DNA of 58,377 nt from a virus (lineage: Duplodnaviria; Caudoviricetes): the IMG/VR virus record IMGVR_UViG_3300022723_000109, positions 1 to 58,377 of that record. One strand, given 5' to 3'. Below are positions 45,065 through 53,785 of this stretch, one piece after another. The notes beneath the pieces were generated by a model. The model was not told the origin of the DNA. It did no database searches and was given only the letters and a program-made list of their open reading frames with translations. Numbering within the stretch: the first letter of the stretch is position 1; each line of letters starts with the position of its first letter. Position numbers and translations under genes: made by a program.

Positions 45065-46417
45065 TTAGACCTCTTGCACCACGACGCGCGGATCGCCGTC
45101 GACCGGGTGCGCGAGGTAGACGTAGTACCCTAGACCATCGGTAAGGTGGGTCCAGAGCTTGTCGCGCTTGTCGAGCTCGCCGCCGGTGCCCTCCAGGACG
45201 ATCACGCTCTCCAGGTCGTCGCAGAGGTTCGGGCACGCCTCCGGGCAGACGAGCAGGCGGATCGTCCCGTCGGCGGAGAGGAGCCGCGAGTTCACGGCGT
45301 TCACGCGGGTCCGCTCCGCGGGGTTCGAGCGCTCGTAGTCGAAGAAGACGCGGCCGCCGAACTTCGCGCGGAGGATCTTCTTGATCAGGTCCCAATCGGA
45401 CCCCTCGGTCTGAGCCGTGCCGCGCGCGCCGCCCGTCGCGTCGCCGTAGCACCGGACCTCGCCGGCGTGGTGGCCCCACAACTGCACGAGCCGCTCGGTC
45501 ACGCGCGGGGTCGTCGAGTCGTGCGGGATGTAGACCTCGCCGATGCAGGCGGTGATCCGTGCGGCGACGCGCGGGTCGACACCCTGGTAGAGCTGCTCCT
45601 GGCACACGACGGCGACGCCAGGGTCGACGTTGAAGTCGAAGCAGAAGATGAGCGGCTTCTGCGGGTCGTACCGGAGGATCTCGCGGGCCTGCGTCTCGCG
45701 GTCGAAGCCGTAGTACGCCTGGCCCTTGATGTTCTTGAAGCTCGCCTCCCATTCGATCGCCCACGTCAGCGGGTCGGTCGTCGCCTTCGCGCTCTCGATC
45801 TCGTCGGCGGGGAGGACGCTCGCGCTCGTCCAATGGAAGTAGGCGTGATCCGCGACCTTCGGGTTCTTCGCGTGATTGACGAGATCCTTGTAGTGCTTGC
45901 CTCCGCGCGGCACGCCGTAGACCCACGCACGACCAGGTCGCCCCATCGTTCCGAGCGCGGGGCGCACGTGCTTCGGCCAGACGTGCGGCTTCATGTCGCC
46001 GAACTCGTCGACGAAGGCCCAATCGAGAGGACGACCCTCGGCTCGAGCCGGCTTGTCCATCCCGAGCACTTCCCAGGTCGTCCCGTTGACGCCGAGGATC
46101 TGCAGCTTCGACTCGCGGATCTTGCGGATGAAGCGCTCGGGGATCAGCGCCTTCAGGTCGTCCCAATAGATGTCGTGGGCCTGGTCGCGCGTCGGCGCCA
46201 TGAACGAGACGCGGTAGTCCGGCCATCGGTCGTTCGAGAGACCGACGACGACGCCCTTGCGCTTCGCGAGCATCGTCTTCCCGGAGCGGCGTCCGCACGG
46301 CGCGACGTTGATCCGGATCTCCGAGCTCCAGAGACGTTGCTGCTCGTCGTGGTGATCGACCGGCGTCCACGCCGGAGTCAGCGCACCGGGCTCGGCTGGA
46401 GCTGCCGCCGGCGTCAT
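45065..46417 (-). CDS. terL: Terminase large subunit
   Basis: Walker A CGRRSGKT, APT..QA, Walker B VDE, nuclease DFNVDP, GDATG, H.TDG.GY. Confidence 0.95.
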   Translation of the reverse strand: MTPAAAPAEPGALTPAWTPVDHHDEQQRLWSSEIRINVAPCGRRSGKTMLAKRKGVVVGLSNDRWPDYRVSFMAPTRDQAHDIYWDDLKALIPERFIRKIRESKLQILGVNGTTWEVLGMDKPARAEGRPLDWAFVDEFGDMKPHVWPKHVRPALGTMGRPGRAWVYGVPRGGKHYKDLVNHAKNPKVADHAYFHWTSASVLPADEIESAKATTDPLTWAIEWEASFKNIKGQAYYGFDRETQAREILRYDPQKPLIFCFDFNVDPGVAVVCQEQLYQGVDPRVAARITACIGEVYIPHDSTTPRVTERLVQLWGHHAGEVRCYGDATGGARGTAQTEGSDWDLIKKILRAKFGGRVFFDYERSNPAERTRVNAVNSRLLSADGTIRLLVCPEACPNLCDDLESVIVLEGTGGELDKRDKLWTHLTDGLGYYVYLAHPVDGDPRVVVQEV

Positions 46418-46590
46418 CGTTCGAGGCCCCGGTCGTCGACCTCGGCCTCGACGTCCGCGAGCAGCTCGTCGAAGCGCTCGCCTCCAAGCTGGACCCGCAG
46501 GTCGTCCCGGAACCGTAGCAGGCGGAGGAGCTCCTGCAGGAGCTCGACGTCGTCCAGCTCGAAGCCGTGACGGTCTTCGCGGGGCTTCAT
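46414..46590 (-). CDS. Small hypothetical protein upstream of terL
   Basis: MKPREDRHGFELDDVELLQELLRLL; ATGA overlap; below the ORF-track cutoff. Confidence 0.55.
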   Translation of the reverse strand: MKPREDRHGFELDDVELLQELLRLLRFRDDLRVQLGGERFDELLADVEAEVDDRGLER

Positions 46591-46621
46591 GGAAGAGCCG
46601 TACCGAAAACCGACGAGCGGC

Positions 46622-46650
46622 TCAAGGTGCGAGCATCGCCTTCCCGATAG
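46622..46650 (+). promoter_or_regulatory. TCAAG-N17-CCGATAG promoter-like motif
   Basis: One of six copies with the same spacing; 8 nt to ATG. Confidence 0.75.
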
Positions 46651-46658
46651 GTGGGGAC

Positions 46659-46928
46659 ATGAAGCTCACCCTCACCATCGAGAACGACCGCCCCCGGGTG
46701 CACGTCGTCGGCGAGTTCTTCGGCGACCGCGTCATCCTCACCACCTACCCGCGCACGTCGACGACGTCGCTCGGCCGCGACCCCGACCTCACGGTCGGCG
46801 AGAAGCGCGTCGCCCTCGGCGACAACCTGCCGGCCTCCGCGCTCAACCTGCTCCCGCACCGCTTCGAGGGAGACCTCAAGGCGTGGGCGCCCCTGCTCCG
46901 CGAGCTCGTGCGGCTGGGGGCGATCTGA
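46659..46928 (+). CDS. Hypothetical protein
   Basis: Follows the promoter motif. Confidence 0.7.
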   Translation: MKLTLTIENDRPRVHVVGEFFGDRVILTTYPRTSTTSLGRDPDLTVGEKRVALGDNLPASALNLLPHRFEGDLKAWAPLLRELVRLGAI

Positions 46929-47110
46929 TGCTCGCCGACTGCCCGAAGTGCGCCGCCGAGATGGCGGTCGAGTACGAGGACGAGCAGACGATGCAGACGT
47001 GCCGGTGCGCCGAGTGCGGCGCGCGCTTCGAGGTCGAGGCCGACGCCGACTTCAACGGCGACCACTTCGTCGACTGCTCCACGCCCGGGAAAGAACTTCC
47101 TCCCGCGTAA
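46928..47110 (+). CDS. Small acidic zinc-ribbon protein
   Basis: CPKC...CAEC. Confidence 0.6.
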   Translation: MLADCPKCAAEMAVEYEDEQTMQTCRCAECGARFEVEADADFNGDHFVDCSTPGKELPPA

Positions 47111-47123
47111 AACCGCGAACGGC

Positions 47124-47152
47124 TCCAGCCGCGAACGTCGCCACGCCGATAG
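47124..47152 (+). promoter_or_regulatory. TCCAG-N17-CCGATAG promoter-like motif
   Basis: Same spacing; leader carries AGGAG. Confidence 0.7.
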
Positions 47153-47175
47153 GGTTCGGTACAGGAGAAGCAATC

Positions 47176-47673
47176 ATGACCACGACCACCGAAAAGACCG
47201 CCGCCATCCGCACGCAACTCAAGGCCCACGGCTGGAGCTCCCGCAAGGTGAGCGTCCGCGCCGAGCGCTGCACCTACTCGTCCTCGATCGAGGTCCGCAT
47301 CAAGGACCCCGAGGTCAACATCGACATCGTCCGCGACGTCGTCGATCAGTACGAGTCGGTCCGCCGCTGCGAAGTGACGCACGAGATCCTCAGCGGCGGG
47401 AACACCTTCACGCACGTCAGCTACACCCGGGAGGCCCGCGAGGCTCTCGCGGGCCCGCACGTCGAGGCGCTGCGCGCCGCGATGGCGAAGGTCGACGAGC
47501 TCTCCGACTCGACGCTCGTCGAAGTCGACGGGACCGAGGGCAAGGTCTCCGTCGGCAAGGACGGCGTCGGCGGATACCGGCTCTGGACCGATCGCGCCGG
47601 CATGCACGTCAATACGCCCGAGTGCGGCGCCTTCTTCGTCGCCGGCTACGTCCGCGGCTGGAAGGTCCAATGA
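47176..47673 (+). CDS. LPD29-like (polyvalent-protein-associated) domain protein
   Basis: IR..LK...KVSVR....SSI.V.IKD...RCEVT.EILSGGN.F. Confidence 0.6.
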   Translation: MTTTTEKTAAIRTQLKAHGWSSRKVSVRAERCTYSSSIEVRIKDPEVNIDIVRDVVDQYESVRRCEVTHEILSGGNTFTHVSYTREAREALAGPHVEALRAAMAKVDELSDSTLVEVDGTEGKVSVGKDGVGGYRLWTDRAGMHVNTPECGAFFVAGYVRGWKVQ

Positions 47674-47978
47674 GCGCCCGCAAGCGCCAGAAGGCGAAGC
47701 CGCCCGGCCTGGACCGCAAGGCCCTCGTCGGGCGGGTCGTCCGCTTCACCGACGCGAACCGAGGCGGCACGCGCTGCGGCGTCGTTCGCCAGGTCGCACG
47801 CAACTCGAAGACGATCGTCGTGCAGCTCCCGGGAGGTCCGAAGCAGCTCGACGGCTCCACGTTCTCCGCCCGCTGCCGCGGGCAGCGCTGGCGCGTCGAC
47901 GTCGACCAGGTCGCCGGCATCGTGGACAAGCGCGCGACGGGCGGCCTCCGCTCCCTGCCCTGGACGCTTGACTCGTGA
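47670..47978 (+). CDS. Basic hypothetical protein
   Basis: ATGA overlap. Confidence 0.55.
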   Translation: MSARKRQKAKPPGLDRKALVGRVVRFTDANRGGTRCGVVRQVARNSKTIVVQLPGGPKQLDGSTFSARCRGQRWRVDVDQVAGIVDKRATGGLRSLPWTLDS

Positions 47979-48916
47979 GGGTCTTCGCCTCCGGCCTCTC
48001 TCGCCCCGGGAACGCTCGCCCCTTCTTGTGGGCCGGCGCGCCCGTGGGCGCCGTCGCGGGTGAGCTCTCGCCGCGGATGATCGCCGAGCTCGCGCAGTAC
48101 GCCGAAGCGGGCGGCCGCGTCTTCGTCGACTCGGGCGCCTTCTCGACCTGCTCGCGCGGCCTGGCCGTCGACTCCCCCGCGATCCTCGCGACGTACCGCG
48201 AGCTCGGCCGAGCGTGCTCGTGCGCTGAGCGGATCGAGGTCGTCGCGCCGGACGTGGTCGGCGACCAGGCGGCGACCCTGGAGCTCCTGCGGATGCACGC
48301 CGACGACCTGGCGGAGCTCGTCGACGTCGGCCTCACCCTGCTCGTGCCGCTGCAGAAGGGCTCCCTCTCCGGCGCTGATCTCCTGCAGGCGACGCGCGAC
48401 GCGGTCGTCGACCTGCCCTTCGTGCCGGCGGTGCCATTCAACCTACACGCCTGGAGCGACCTCGATGTCGCGGAGTTCGCGAACGCGACCCGCATCGAGC
48501 GCGTGCACCTACTCGGCGCGAGCGGCAAGAAGCTCGCGCGCGTGGCCGAGCTCATCGACGTCGAGGTCGAGCTGCAGGGCGACGCGAACCGGGCTCGAGC
48601 CTGGCTCGGAACGTACCCGACCGCGAAGCTCGGCCGCGTCGGTCGCAAGGTGCGCCGCGTCATGGCCGAGACGCTCGACCTCGCGATCGACGAGTACGGG
48701 CGCGACGTCGACGGCGGAGCGTGGACCGAGGACGGCGCCGAGTGGGATGCGCTCGTGCAGGACGTGAAGGACGAAGCGCTCTGGCTCCTGGCGCTGCAGG
48801 AGCTCGGGGACCTGGCGCTGGCCCGGAGGCTGGCTCCGACCCCCTACCTCGCCCGTGCGGGGATCCTGGAATCTCCTCAAGGGCCGAACGTCGCCAGGCC
48901 GATAGGTGCGGCATGA
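47975..48916 (+). CDS. TGT/DpdA-like guanine transglycosylase-fold protein
   Basis: VFVDSGAFS, APDVVGD, VPLQ, VHLLG motifs. Confidence 0.65.
   Translation: MRVFASGLSRPGNARPFLWAGAPVGAVAGELSPRMIAELAQYAEAGGRVFVDSGAFSTCSRGLAVDSPAILATYRELGRACSCAERIEVVAPDVVGDQAATLELLRMHADDLAELVDVGLTLLVPLQKGSLSGADLLQATRDAVVDLPFVPAVPFNLHAWSDLDVAEFANATRIERVHLLGASGKKLARVAELIDVEVELQGDANRARAWLGTYPTAKLGRVGRKVRRVMAETLDLAIDEYGRDVDGGAWTEDGAEWDALVQDVKDEALWLLALQELGDLALARRLAPTPYLARAGILESPQGPNVARPIGAA
48877..48905 (+). promoter_or_regulatory. TCAAG-N17-CCGATAG promoter-like motif
   Basis: 7 nt to ATG 48913. Confidence 0.75.
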
Positions 48917-49251
48917 AGCAATCGACCACCACGACCGAGATCCTCGAAGCCCTGGAGATCCTGAAGCGCCAAGCGCAGCGCACCGTCTGCGCGGGCGGAG
49001 TCATCGAGCGCCCGGAGGCGGAGCGGATGGCCGAGTTCGAGGCGGAGGTCGTCCGCAGGGGCGACGAGCGCCGCCTGCTCGGCCTGCGCGACGAGTACGG
49101 CGTCCCGATCTACGACGCCGCCGACGTCGACGAGATCGTGCGGATCCAGCCGCGCCCGGGCCTCTCCTCGCGCGACTGCGATCTCTGCCGGTCGCCGCTG
49201 AGCCACGAAGAGGCAGACCGCGGGTCGCTCTGCGATTCCTGCGAAGACTAG
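48913..49251 (+). CDS. Hypothetical protein with C-terminal zinc finger
   Basis: CDLC...CDSC. Confidence 0.65.
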   Translation: MKQSTTTTEILEALEILKRQAQRTVCAGGVIERPEAERMAEFEAEVVRRGDERRLLGLRDEYGVPIYDAADVDEIVRIQPRPGLSSRDCDLCRSPLSHEEADRGSLCDSCED

Positions 49252-49252
49252 C

Positions 49253-49281
49253 TCAAGGTCGGAGCATCGCCACGCCGATAG
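49253..49281 (+). promoter_or_regulatory. TCAAG-N17-CCGATAG promoter-like motif
   Basis: 8 nt to ATG 49290. Confidence 0.75.
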
Positions 49282-49289
49282 GGACCACC

Positions 49290-49592
49290 ATGAAGCAAGA
49301 GCAAGCACTCGCGCTCGCGCGCGACCTCAAGGCCCGCACCACCGTCCAGCGCCGGCGCGTCGAAGACGCTGAGCGCGAGCGTCTCGCCGCGCGGCCGGAC
49401 GCCTCGAAGCTCCGCCAGGTCGACGAGCGTCTCGTGACGCTGCGCTTCGAGCTCGCCGAGACCCTTCTCTCTCTGAGCATGGCGCGCCGCGACGCCGGCG
49501 ACCACGAGGGCGCGCTCGACGCGGCTCGTCTCTTCTCCGAGCAGGAGCATCTCGCGCGCACCACGCGCGACAACCTGGCGAGGGTCGTCTGA
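49290..49592 (+). CDS. Helical hypothetical protein
   Basis: Follows the promoter motif; coupled to the methyltransferase. Confidence 0.65.
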   Translation: MKQEQALALARDLKARTTVQRRRVEDAERERLAARPDASKLRQVDERLVTLRFELAETLLSLSMARRDAGDHEGALDAARLFSEQEHLARTTRDNLARVV

Positions 49593-50536
49593 TGCTGCGC
49601 GTCGTCGACTACTTCGCCGGCTTGGGAGGATCCTCTCTCGGAGCCGAGCGCGCCGGCATGAAGGTCGTGCTCTGCGCGAATCACTACGGGCCCGCGGTCG
49701 ACACGCTGCGCCACCACCACCCGAGCGCGCAGTTCGTGACGCAGGATCTCCGGCAGTACGATCACGCGCTCGCCCCCGAGCACGACGTCTTCATCGCCTC
49801 GCCCGAGTGCAAGGGGCACGCGGACGCCGGCAACGGCGCGCGCGGTCGGTGGGGCCTGGACTACTCGTACCACGACGCGAGCCGCGCGACGGCTTGGGCC
49901 GTGGTCGACGCGATCGAGGCGAACCGCCCGCGCTACGCGGTCATCGAGAACGTCGTGCGCTTCCGCGAGTGGTCGAAGTTCGATCTCTGGACCGAGTCCA
50001 TCCGCCGCGACGGGTACGACCTCAAGGTCGAGGACATCAACGCGGCCGACCTCGGCGTCCCGCAGGACCGGCTCCGCATGTTCGTCGTCGCCTGGCGCCA
50101 CGGCGAGCAGGAGCCCGACATCAGCGTCGCCGCTCGACCTGAAGCCGAGTGGACGCCGGCGAGCTCGATCGTCGACGTCGAGGGCGGCGACCGGTGGGCG
50201 CCCGTGAGCTCGAAGAGCGCGGCCGTGCAGTCGCGCGTCGCGAACGGTCGGCGCAACGTCGGCGAGGTCTTCATCTCGCAGCACGTCACGAATCACCCGG
50301 GACGCTCGATCGACCGGCCGCTGCCGACGATCACGACCCGGGATCAGCTCTGCATCGTGAACGGGGACCTCATGCGGCCGCTCTCCTGGCAGGAGTACCT
50401 CGCGGCGATGGGCCTTCCGTCCGACTACCACGTCGCCACGAAGAGCAAGAAGAAGCTCGTCCTCATGGCCGGGAACGCCGTGTGCCCGCCCGTGTCCGAG
50501 CACGTTCTCACCCGAGTCGCGGAGGCCGCAGCATGA
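49592..50536 (+). CDS. C5 cytosine DNA methyltransferase
   Basis: Motif I FAGLGG, IV SPEC, VI ENV, VIII Q.R.R, X GNAV. Confidence 0.93.
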   Translation: MLRVVDYFAGLGGSSLGAERAGMKVVLCANHYGPAVDTLRHHHPSAQFVTQDLRQYDHALAPEHDVFIASPECKGHADAGNGARGRWGLDYSYHDASRATAWAVVDAIEANRPRYAVIENVVRFREWSKFDLWTESIRRDGYDLKVEDINAADLGVPQDRLRMFVVAWRHGEQEPDISVAARPEAEWTPASSIVDVEGGDRWAPVSSKSAAVQSRVANGRRNVGEVFISQHVTNHPGRSIDRPLPTITTRDQLCIVNGDLMRPLSWQEYLAAMGLPSDYHVATKSKKKLVLMAGNAVCPPVSEHVLTRVAEAAA

Positions 50537-51090
50537 GCGCCAAGAAGAAGACCGAACCGAAGGAGATCAAGCCGTTCGTCGCGCTGCTCGTGTACGCCGG
50601 CGTCGGCATCGGGGCCCGCGGAACGCAGCTCCACGTCTACCACGAGCTCGCCGTGCGTCGGAACCTCAAGAAGGGCATCGACGTCGACGAGTGGCTCGCT
50701 GACGGCCACGTGCGCCAGCTAATCCAAGAGGTCGAGGGGCACGAGCGCCTCAACGAAGGCGTCGGCTGGAAGAAGGTGATCGGCCACACGCGCCAGGTCG
50801 GCGCGATCCTGACCGTCGAGTGCGAGGACAAGAGCGCGAGCACGATCTACGCGGGCACCGGCACGAGAGTCGGCGAGGTCGACGACCAGGTCGCCGCCGA
50901 GTGGCAGGCAGCGAGCTCCGGCTGCGAGGTTGAGCTCCAGGTCGAGCGCGATCGCCGCAAGGAGAAGAGCGTCGACCACCTAGCGGAGCAGCTCGCGCCC
51001 GTGCGCGAAGCGTACAAGCGACTCCGCACGAAGGCCCAACGCGCCGCCATGCTGGCGGCCGTCATCGAAACCGTTACCCGAGGAAGCTGA
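50533..51090 (+). CDS. Hypothetical protein
   Basis: GGAGG ribosome binding site, ATGA overlap. Confidence 0.7.
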   Translation: MSAKKKTEPKEIKPFVALLVYAGVGIGARGTQLHVYHELAVRRNLKKGIDVDEWLADGHVRQLIQEVEGHERLNEGVGWKKVIGHTRQVGAILTVECEDKSASTIYAGTGTRVGEVDDQVAAEWQAASSGCEVELQVERDRRKEKSVDHLAEQLAPVREAYKRLRTKAQRAAMLAAVIETVTRGS

Positions 51091-51767
51091 TGTCGAAGAC
51101 GATGAAGATCACGACGCCGGTCGACGTGCCGGCAGAGCTGCTAGCGACGATGACGGTCGCGTGCTTGGCGGGGAGCCCCGTCTACCACGTGACCGATCGA
51201 GACGCGAAGCACGGCGGGGGCACGTGGCGCCCGCTCTGCACCCCCGACCACTCGGGAGGCGACGGTGCGCGCCACGCTGCGCGCGAGCTCGCCAGCTTCC
51301 ACACGTACCGGCTCTGCCGCGCGTGCGTCGAGGCGATCGTCCCCGAGGAGCTCTACAACCTGGAGGACGTCGAGGAAGGGGACACCCTGGTCCGCGAGTT
51401 CTGGCGGGGAGGGAAGGAGCTCGTCTCGTGCTCCAAGAAGACGGCGAAGACCGTGTTCGTCAAGAGCTACCGCTACCAGGCGAAGGACGGCCGTCCGGCT
51501 CGGGTCGAGGGCGGCCGCGGCCGGGTGCGCAGGCCGAAGCCCGGCGAGGCGACGGCGATGATCGACGAGGGCATCGCGCGGCAGACGAAGCGCGACCGCG
51601 AGGAGCGCAGCCGCAAGAAGCAGCACGCGGCCGATCTGCGCTGGCTCCGGATGGCGGTGCGTGCCGCCGGCGACGAGCTGCTCGACGAGATGCTGCGCAA
51701 GATGACGAGCGGGTACGAGCCGTCCGAGATGCGCGAACTCTTCGAGGACCGCGTCCCGACCGAGTGA
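51090..51767 (+). CDS. Hypothetical protein
   Basis: TGATG overlap; H...LC...CRAC. Confidence 0.7.
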   Translation: MSKTMKITTPVDVPAELLATMTVACLAGSPVYHVTDRDAKHGGGTWRPLCTPDHSGGDGARHAARELASFHTYRLCRACVEAIVPEELYNLEDVEEGDTLVREFWRGGKELVSCSKKTAKTVFVKSYRYQAKDGRPARVEGGRGRVRRPKPGEATAMIDEGIARQTKRDREERSRKKQHAADLRWLRMAVRAAGDELLDEMLRKMTSGYEPSEMRELFEDRVPTE

Positions 51768-51798
51768 GGCCGGGCTCGAGCCCGCGCCCGAGATTCTC

Positions 51799-51826
51799 TC
51801 AAGCACCGAACGCCCCGGAGCCGATG
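51799..51826 (+). promoter_or_regulatory. TCAAG-N17-CCGATG promoter-like motif
   Basis: Same spacing; leader carries AAGGAGG. Confidence 0.6.
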
Positions 51827-51865
51827 CCCGGGGACCACTCTTCACCCTGGCCCAAGGAGGGCACC

Positions 51866-52441
51866 ATGCAACGCACCATCATCTCGCTCGTCACGGCCGC
51901 GCTCGTCGCGCTGATCGGCACGAGCTGCATCGCAGGCAAGGACGGCTCGGCCAAGATCGCCCCGTTCGCCATGATCCAGGATCGGTCCGGTCTCGGCGAC
52001 GCAGGCGACATGACCGGCGGAGGCGTGTACGCGACCTGGCGCGAGAAGGACGCGAAGATCGCGAGCGAGGTCTCGATCGCCTACACGGGCGGCAGCGAGG
52101 ACGACTTCGACGCCGGGCCGCTCGGCACCTTCGACATCGACACGCAGTCGCAGGAGATCGCGCTCGGCGCGAGGTACGACTTCGGGACCGCCGCCGGCGT
52201 GACGCCGTTCTTCGGAGCGGGCGCGCTGATCCAACGCGCGGAGGCCGACGGCGGGGGTGACGACGACGAGGACGTCAGCTTCGGCGGGTACGCTCAGCTC
52301 GGGATCGACTGGCAGGTCACGCAGCGGATCGGGATCATGATCGCCGGGCGCTACGGGAACGGAACCGACTTCGAGCTCGGGGACGAGGACGTCAGCGCCG
52401 AGCACGTCGCCGGCATCTTGGGGATCACCTTCAGCCCGTGA
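51866..52441 (+). CDS. Outer-membrane beta-barrel protein with lipoprotein-like signal
   Basis: Signal ending GTSC; LGARYDF, PFFGAG, GGYAQLGIDW, terminal GITF. Confidence 0.8.
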   Translation: MQRTIISLVTAALVALIGTSCIAGKDGSAKIAPFAMIQDRSGLGDAGDMTGGGVYATWREKDAKIASEVSIAYTGGSEDDFDAGPLGTFDIDTQSQEIALGARYDFGTAAGVTPFFGAGALIQRAEADGGGDDDEDVSFGGYAQLGIDWQVTQRIGIMIAGRYGNGTDFELGDEDVSAEHVAGILGITFSP

Positions 52442-52463
52442 GGCTCGGAGGGTGAGGGGAGCG

Positions 52464-52501
52464 GGCCCCGGCCGGTGGAAGAGATCCGCCGGACGGGGCC
52501 C
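52464..52501. terminator. Hairpin between convergent genes
   Basis: GGGCCCCG...CGGGGCCC outer stem with inner CCGGTGGA/TCCGCCGG. Confidence 0.55.
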
Positions 52502-52515
52502 ATCTCTTCCACGCG

Positions 52516-52908
52516 CTACGCGCTCGGGTTGAGCTTCCGGAAGAGCTGGCCGAGCACGGGGATCCGGATGAGGCCCGAGTAGAGCCGGACCGCGGCGTAC
52601 ATGGGGACGCGCTTCCATGCGGGCACGCCCTGCTCCCGCATGACGCGCAGGAAGACGCCGTCGGCATCCGAGCGCGAGATCCCTCCCCCCCCGCTCGTGT
52701 GCCAGTCGTGAAGGACCGCCGCCTCGGTGTAGGCGCCGCCCATCTTCGGCACGAGCCACGTGAGGAGCCGCGGGGCGCTCGCTCCGTCCGTCTCGAAGCC
52801 CTCCGGGACCGCCCAGCTCTCCCGGCTCCCGCGGTACTGCAGGGGCGCCAGGAGCCGCCAGCGCTCCAGGCCGACGCGCCGGACGTCGAGAGGGGTCTCG
52901 AAGGGCAT
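52516..52908 (-). CDS. DUF1353 domain protein
   Basis: VPEGFETDGASAPR...AAVLHDW...ADGVF...MYAAVR. Confidence 0.9.
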   Translation of the reverse strand: MPFETPLDVRRVGLERWRLLAPLQYRGSRESWAVPEGFETDGASAPRLLTWLVPKMGGAYTEAAVLHDWHTSGGGGISRSDADGVFLRVMREQGVPAWKRVPMYAAVRLYSGLIRIPVLGQLFRKLNPSA

Positions 52909-52940
52909 GCCGGCCAGGCTGGCGGATTCCGGGGAAGGGT

Positions 52941-52969
52941 TCAAGGCCCGACCGTCGCCGACCCGATAG
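52941..52969 (+). promoter_or_regulatory. TCAAG-N17-CCGATAG promoter-like motif
   Basis: 8 nt to ATG 52978. Confidence 0.75.
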
Positions 52970-52977
52970 GTTTCAGC

Positions 52978-53298
52978 ATGAGCGAGCAAGAGAAGCCCAA
53001 GCGCGAGCCCGTCGGGTTCGTGATTCCCTGGACCGACCACAAGGGCCGCGAGTGCGCCGACTGCGTCTGCGTCGAGTGCCTCAAGGACCCCGAGACCGCA
53101 GCCGTGTACGGCACGGGGACGGGCAAGTTCGAGCCGGTCTACTACGTCGAGCTCGAACACGACGACCCCGAAGATCCCGAGGCGTGCTCTCTCTGCGGCG
53201 CGGAGCTGCAGGAGCGAGAAGAGCCGCCCATGACCCGCGAGGACTACCTCGCTGAAGAAGCGGACCGGCTCTGCAGCGAGCCCCGCGAGGAGTGGTAA
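52978..53298 (+). CDS. Acidic zinc-binding hypothetical protein
   Basis: CVEC...CSLCG. Confidence 0.65.
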   Translation: MSEQEKPKREPVGFVIPWTDHKGRECADCVCVECLKDPETAAVYGTGTGKFEPVYYVELEHDDPEDPEACSLCGAELQEREEPPMTREDYLAEEADRLCSEPREEW

Positions 53299-53300
53299 CG

Positions 53301-53540
53301 ATGGAGATCCGACCCGACCAGGCCCGAGCGATCAACGACCTCCGGACCGCGTCGCGCAAGCTCGCCGAGCTCTTCCGCGAAGCTGGCAAGAAGGGCATCG
53401 CGACGCAGATCGAAGCGACGGCGCGCGAGGCGCGCGAGGAGTTCGATGCGCTGAAGGAGGAGCTCTACAACGCGCCGCCGTGCGCGCTCTGCCAGAGCAA
53501 GGACCACGGCGCCGACGAGTGCCCGCACGAGGGGAGCTGA
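53301..53540 (+). CDS. Hypothetical protein with CCHC zinc knuckle
   Basis: CALCQSKDHGADEC. Confidence 0.65.
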   Translation: MEIRPDQARAINDLRTASRKLAELFREAGKKGIATQIEATAREAREEFDALKEELYNAPPCALCQSKDHGADECPHEGS

Positions 53541-53785
53541 TGCAGCGACGACTCAAGAAGAAGCCGGTCCGGTACTTCAACCTGCAGCTCACGAGCGGAT
53601 CGCTCTGGCGGTACCGGGGCGCGTGGCTCCACGAGACGCCGGAGATCACGCTCGTCCCGCTGCAGTACGCCGGCCGCGTGAAGCCGGGGACCGAGCTCTT
53701 CCCGGTCCGCCGCTTCCCGAACGTGATCGAGGCGTGCGCGTGGCTCGACACGTACTTCGAGCAGAACCCGGAGCTCGCGCGGTGA
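53540..53785 (+). CDS. Hypothetical protein
   Basis: TGATG overlap. Confidence 0.6.
   Translation: MQRRLKKKPVRYFNLQLTSGSLWRYRGAWLHETPEITLVPLQYAGRVKPGTELFPVRRFPNVIEACAWLDTYFEQNPELAR

Noticed and set aside
46928-47110. LysW amino-group carrier protein
   Set aside because: Similar zinc ribbon but lacks the C-terminal EDWGE motif and pathway neighbours
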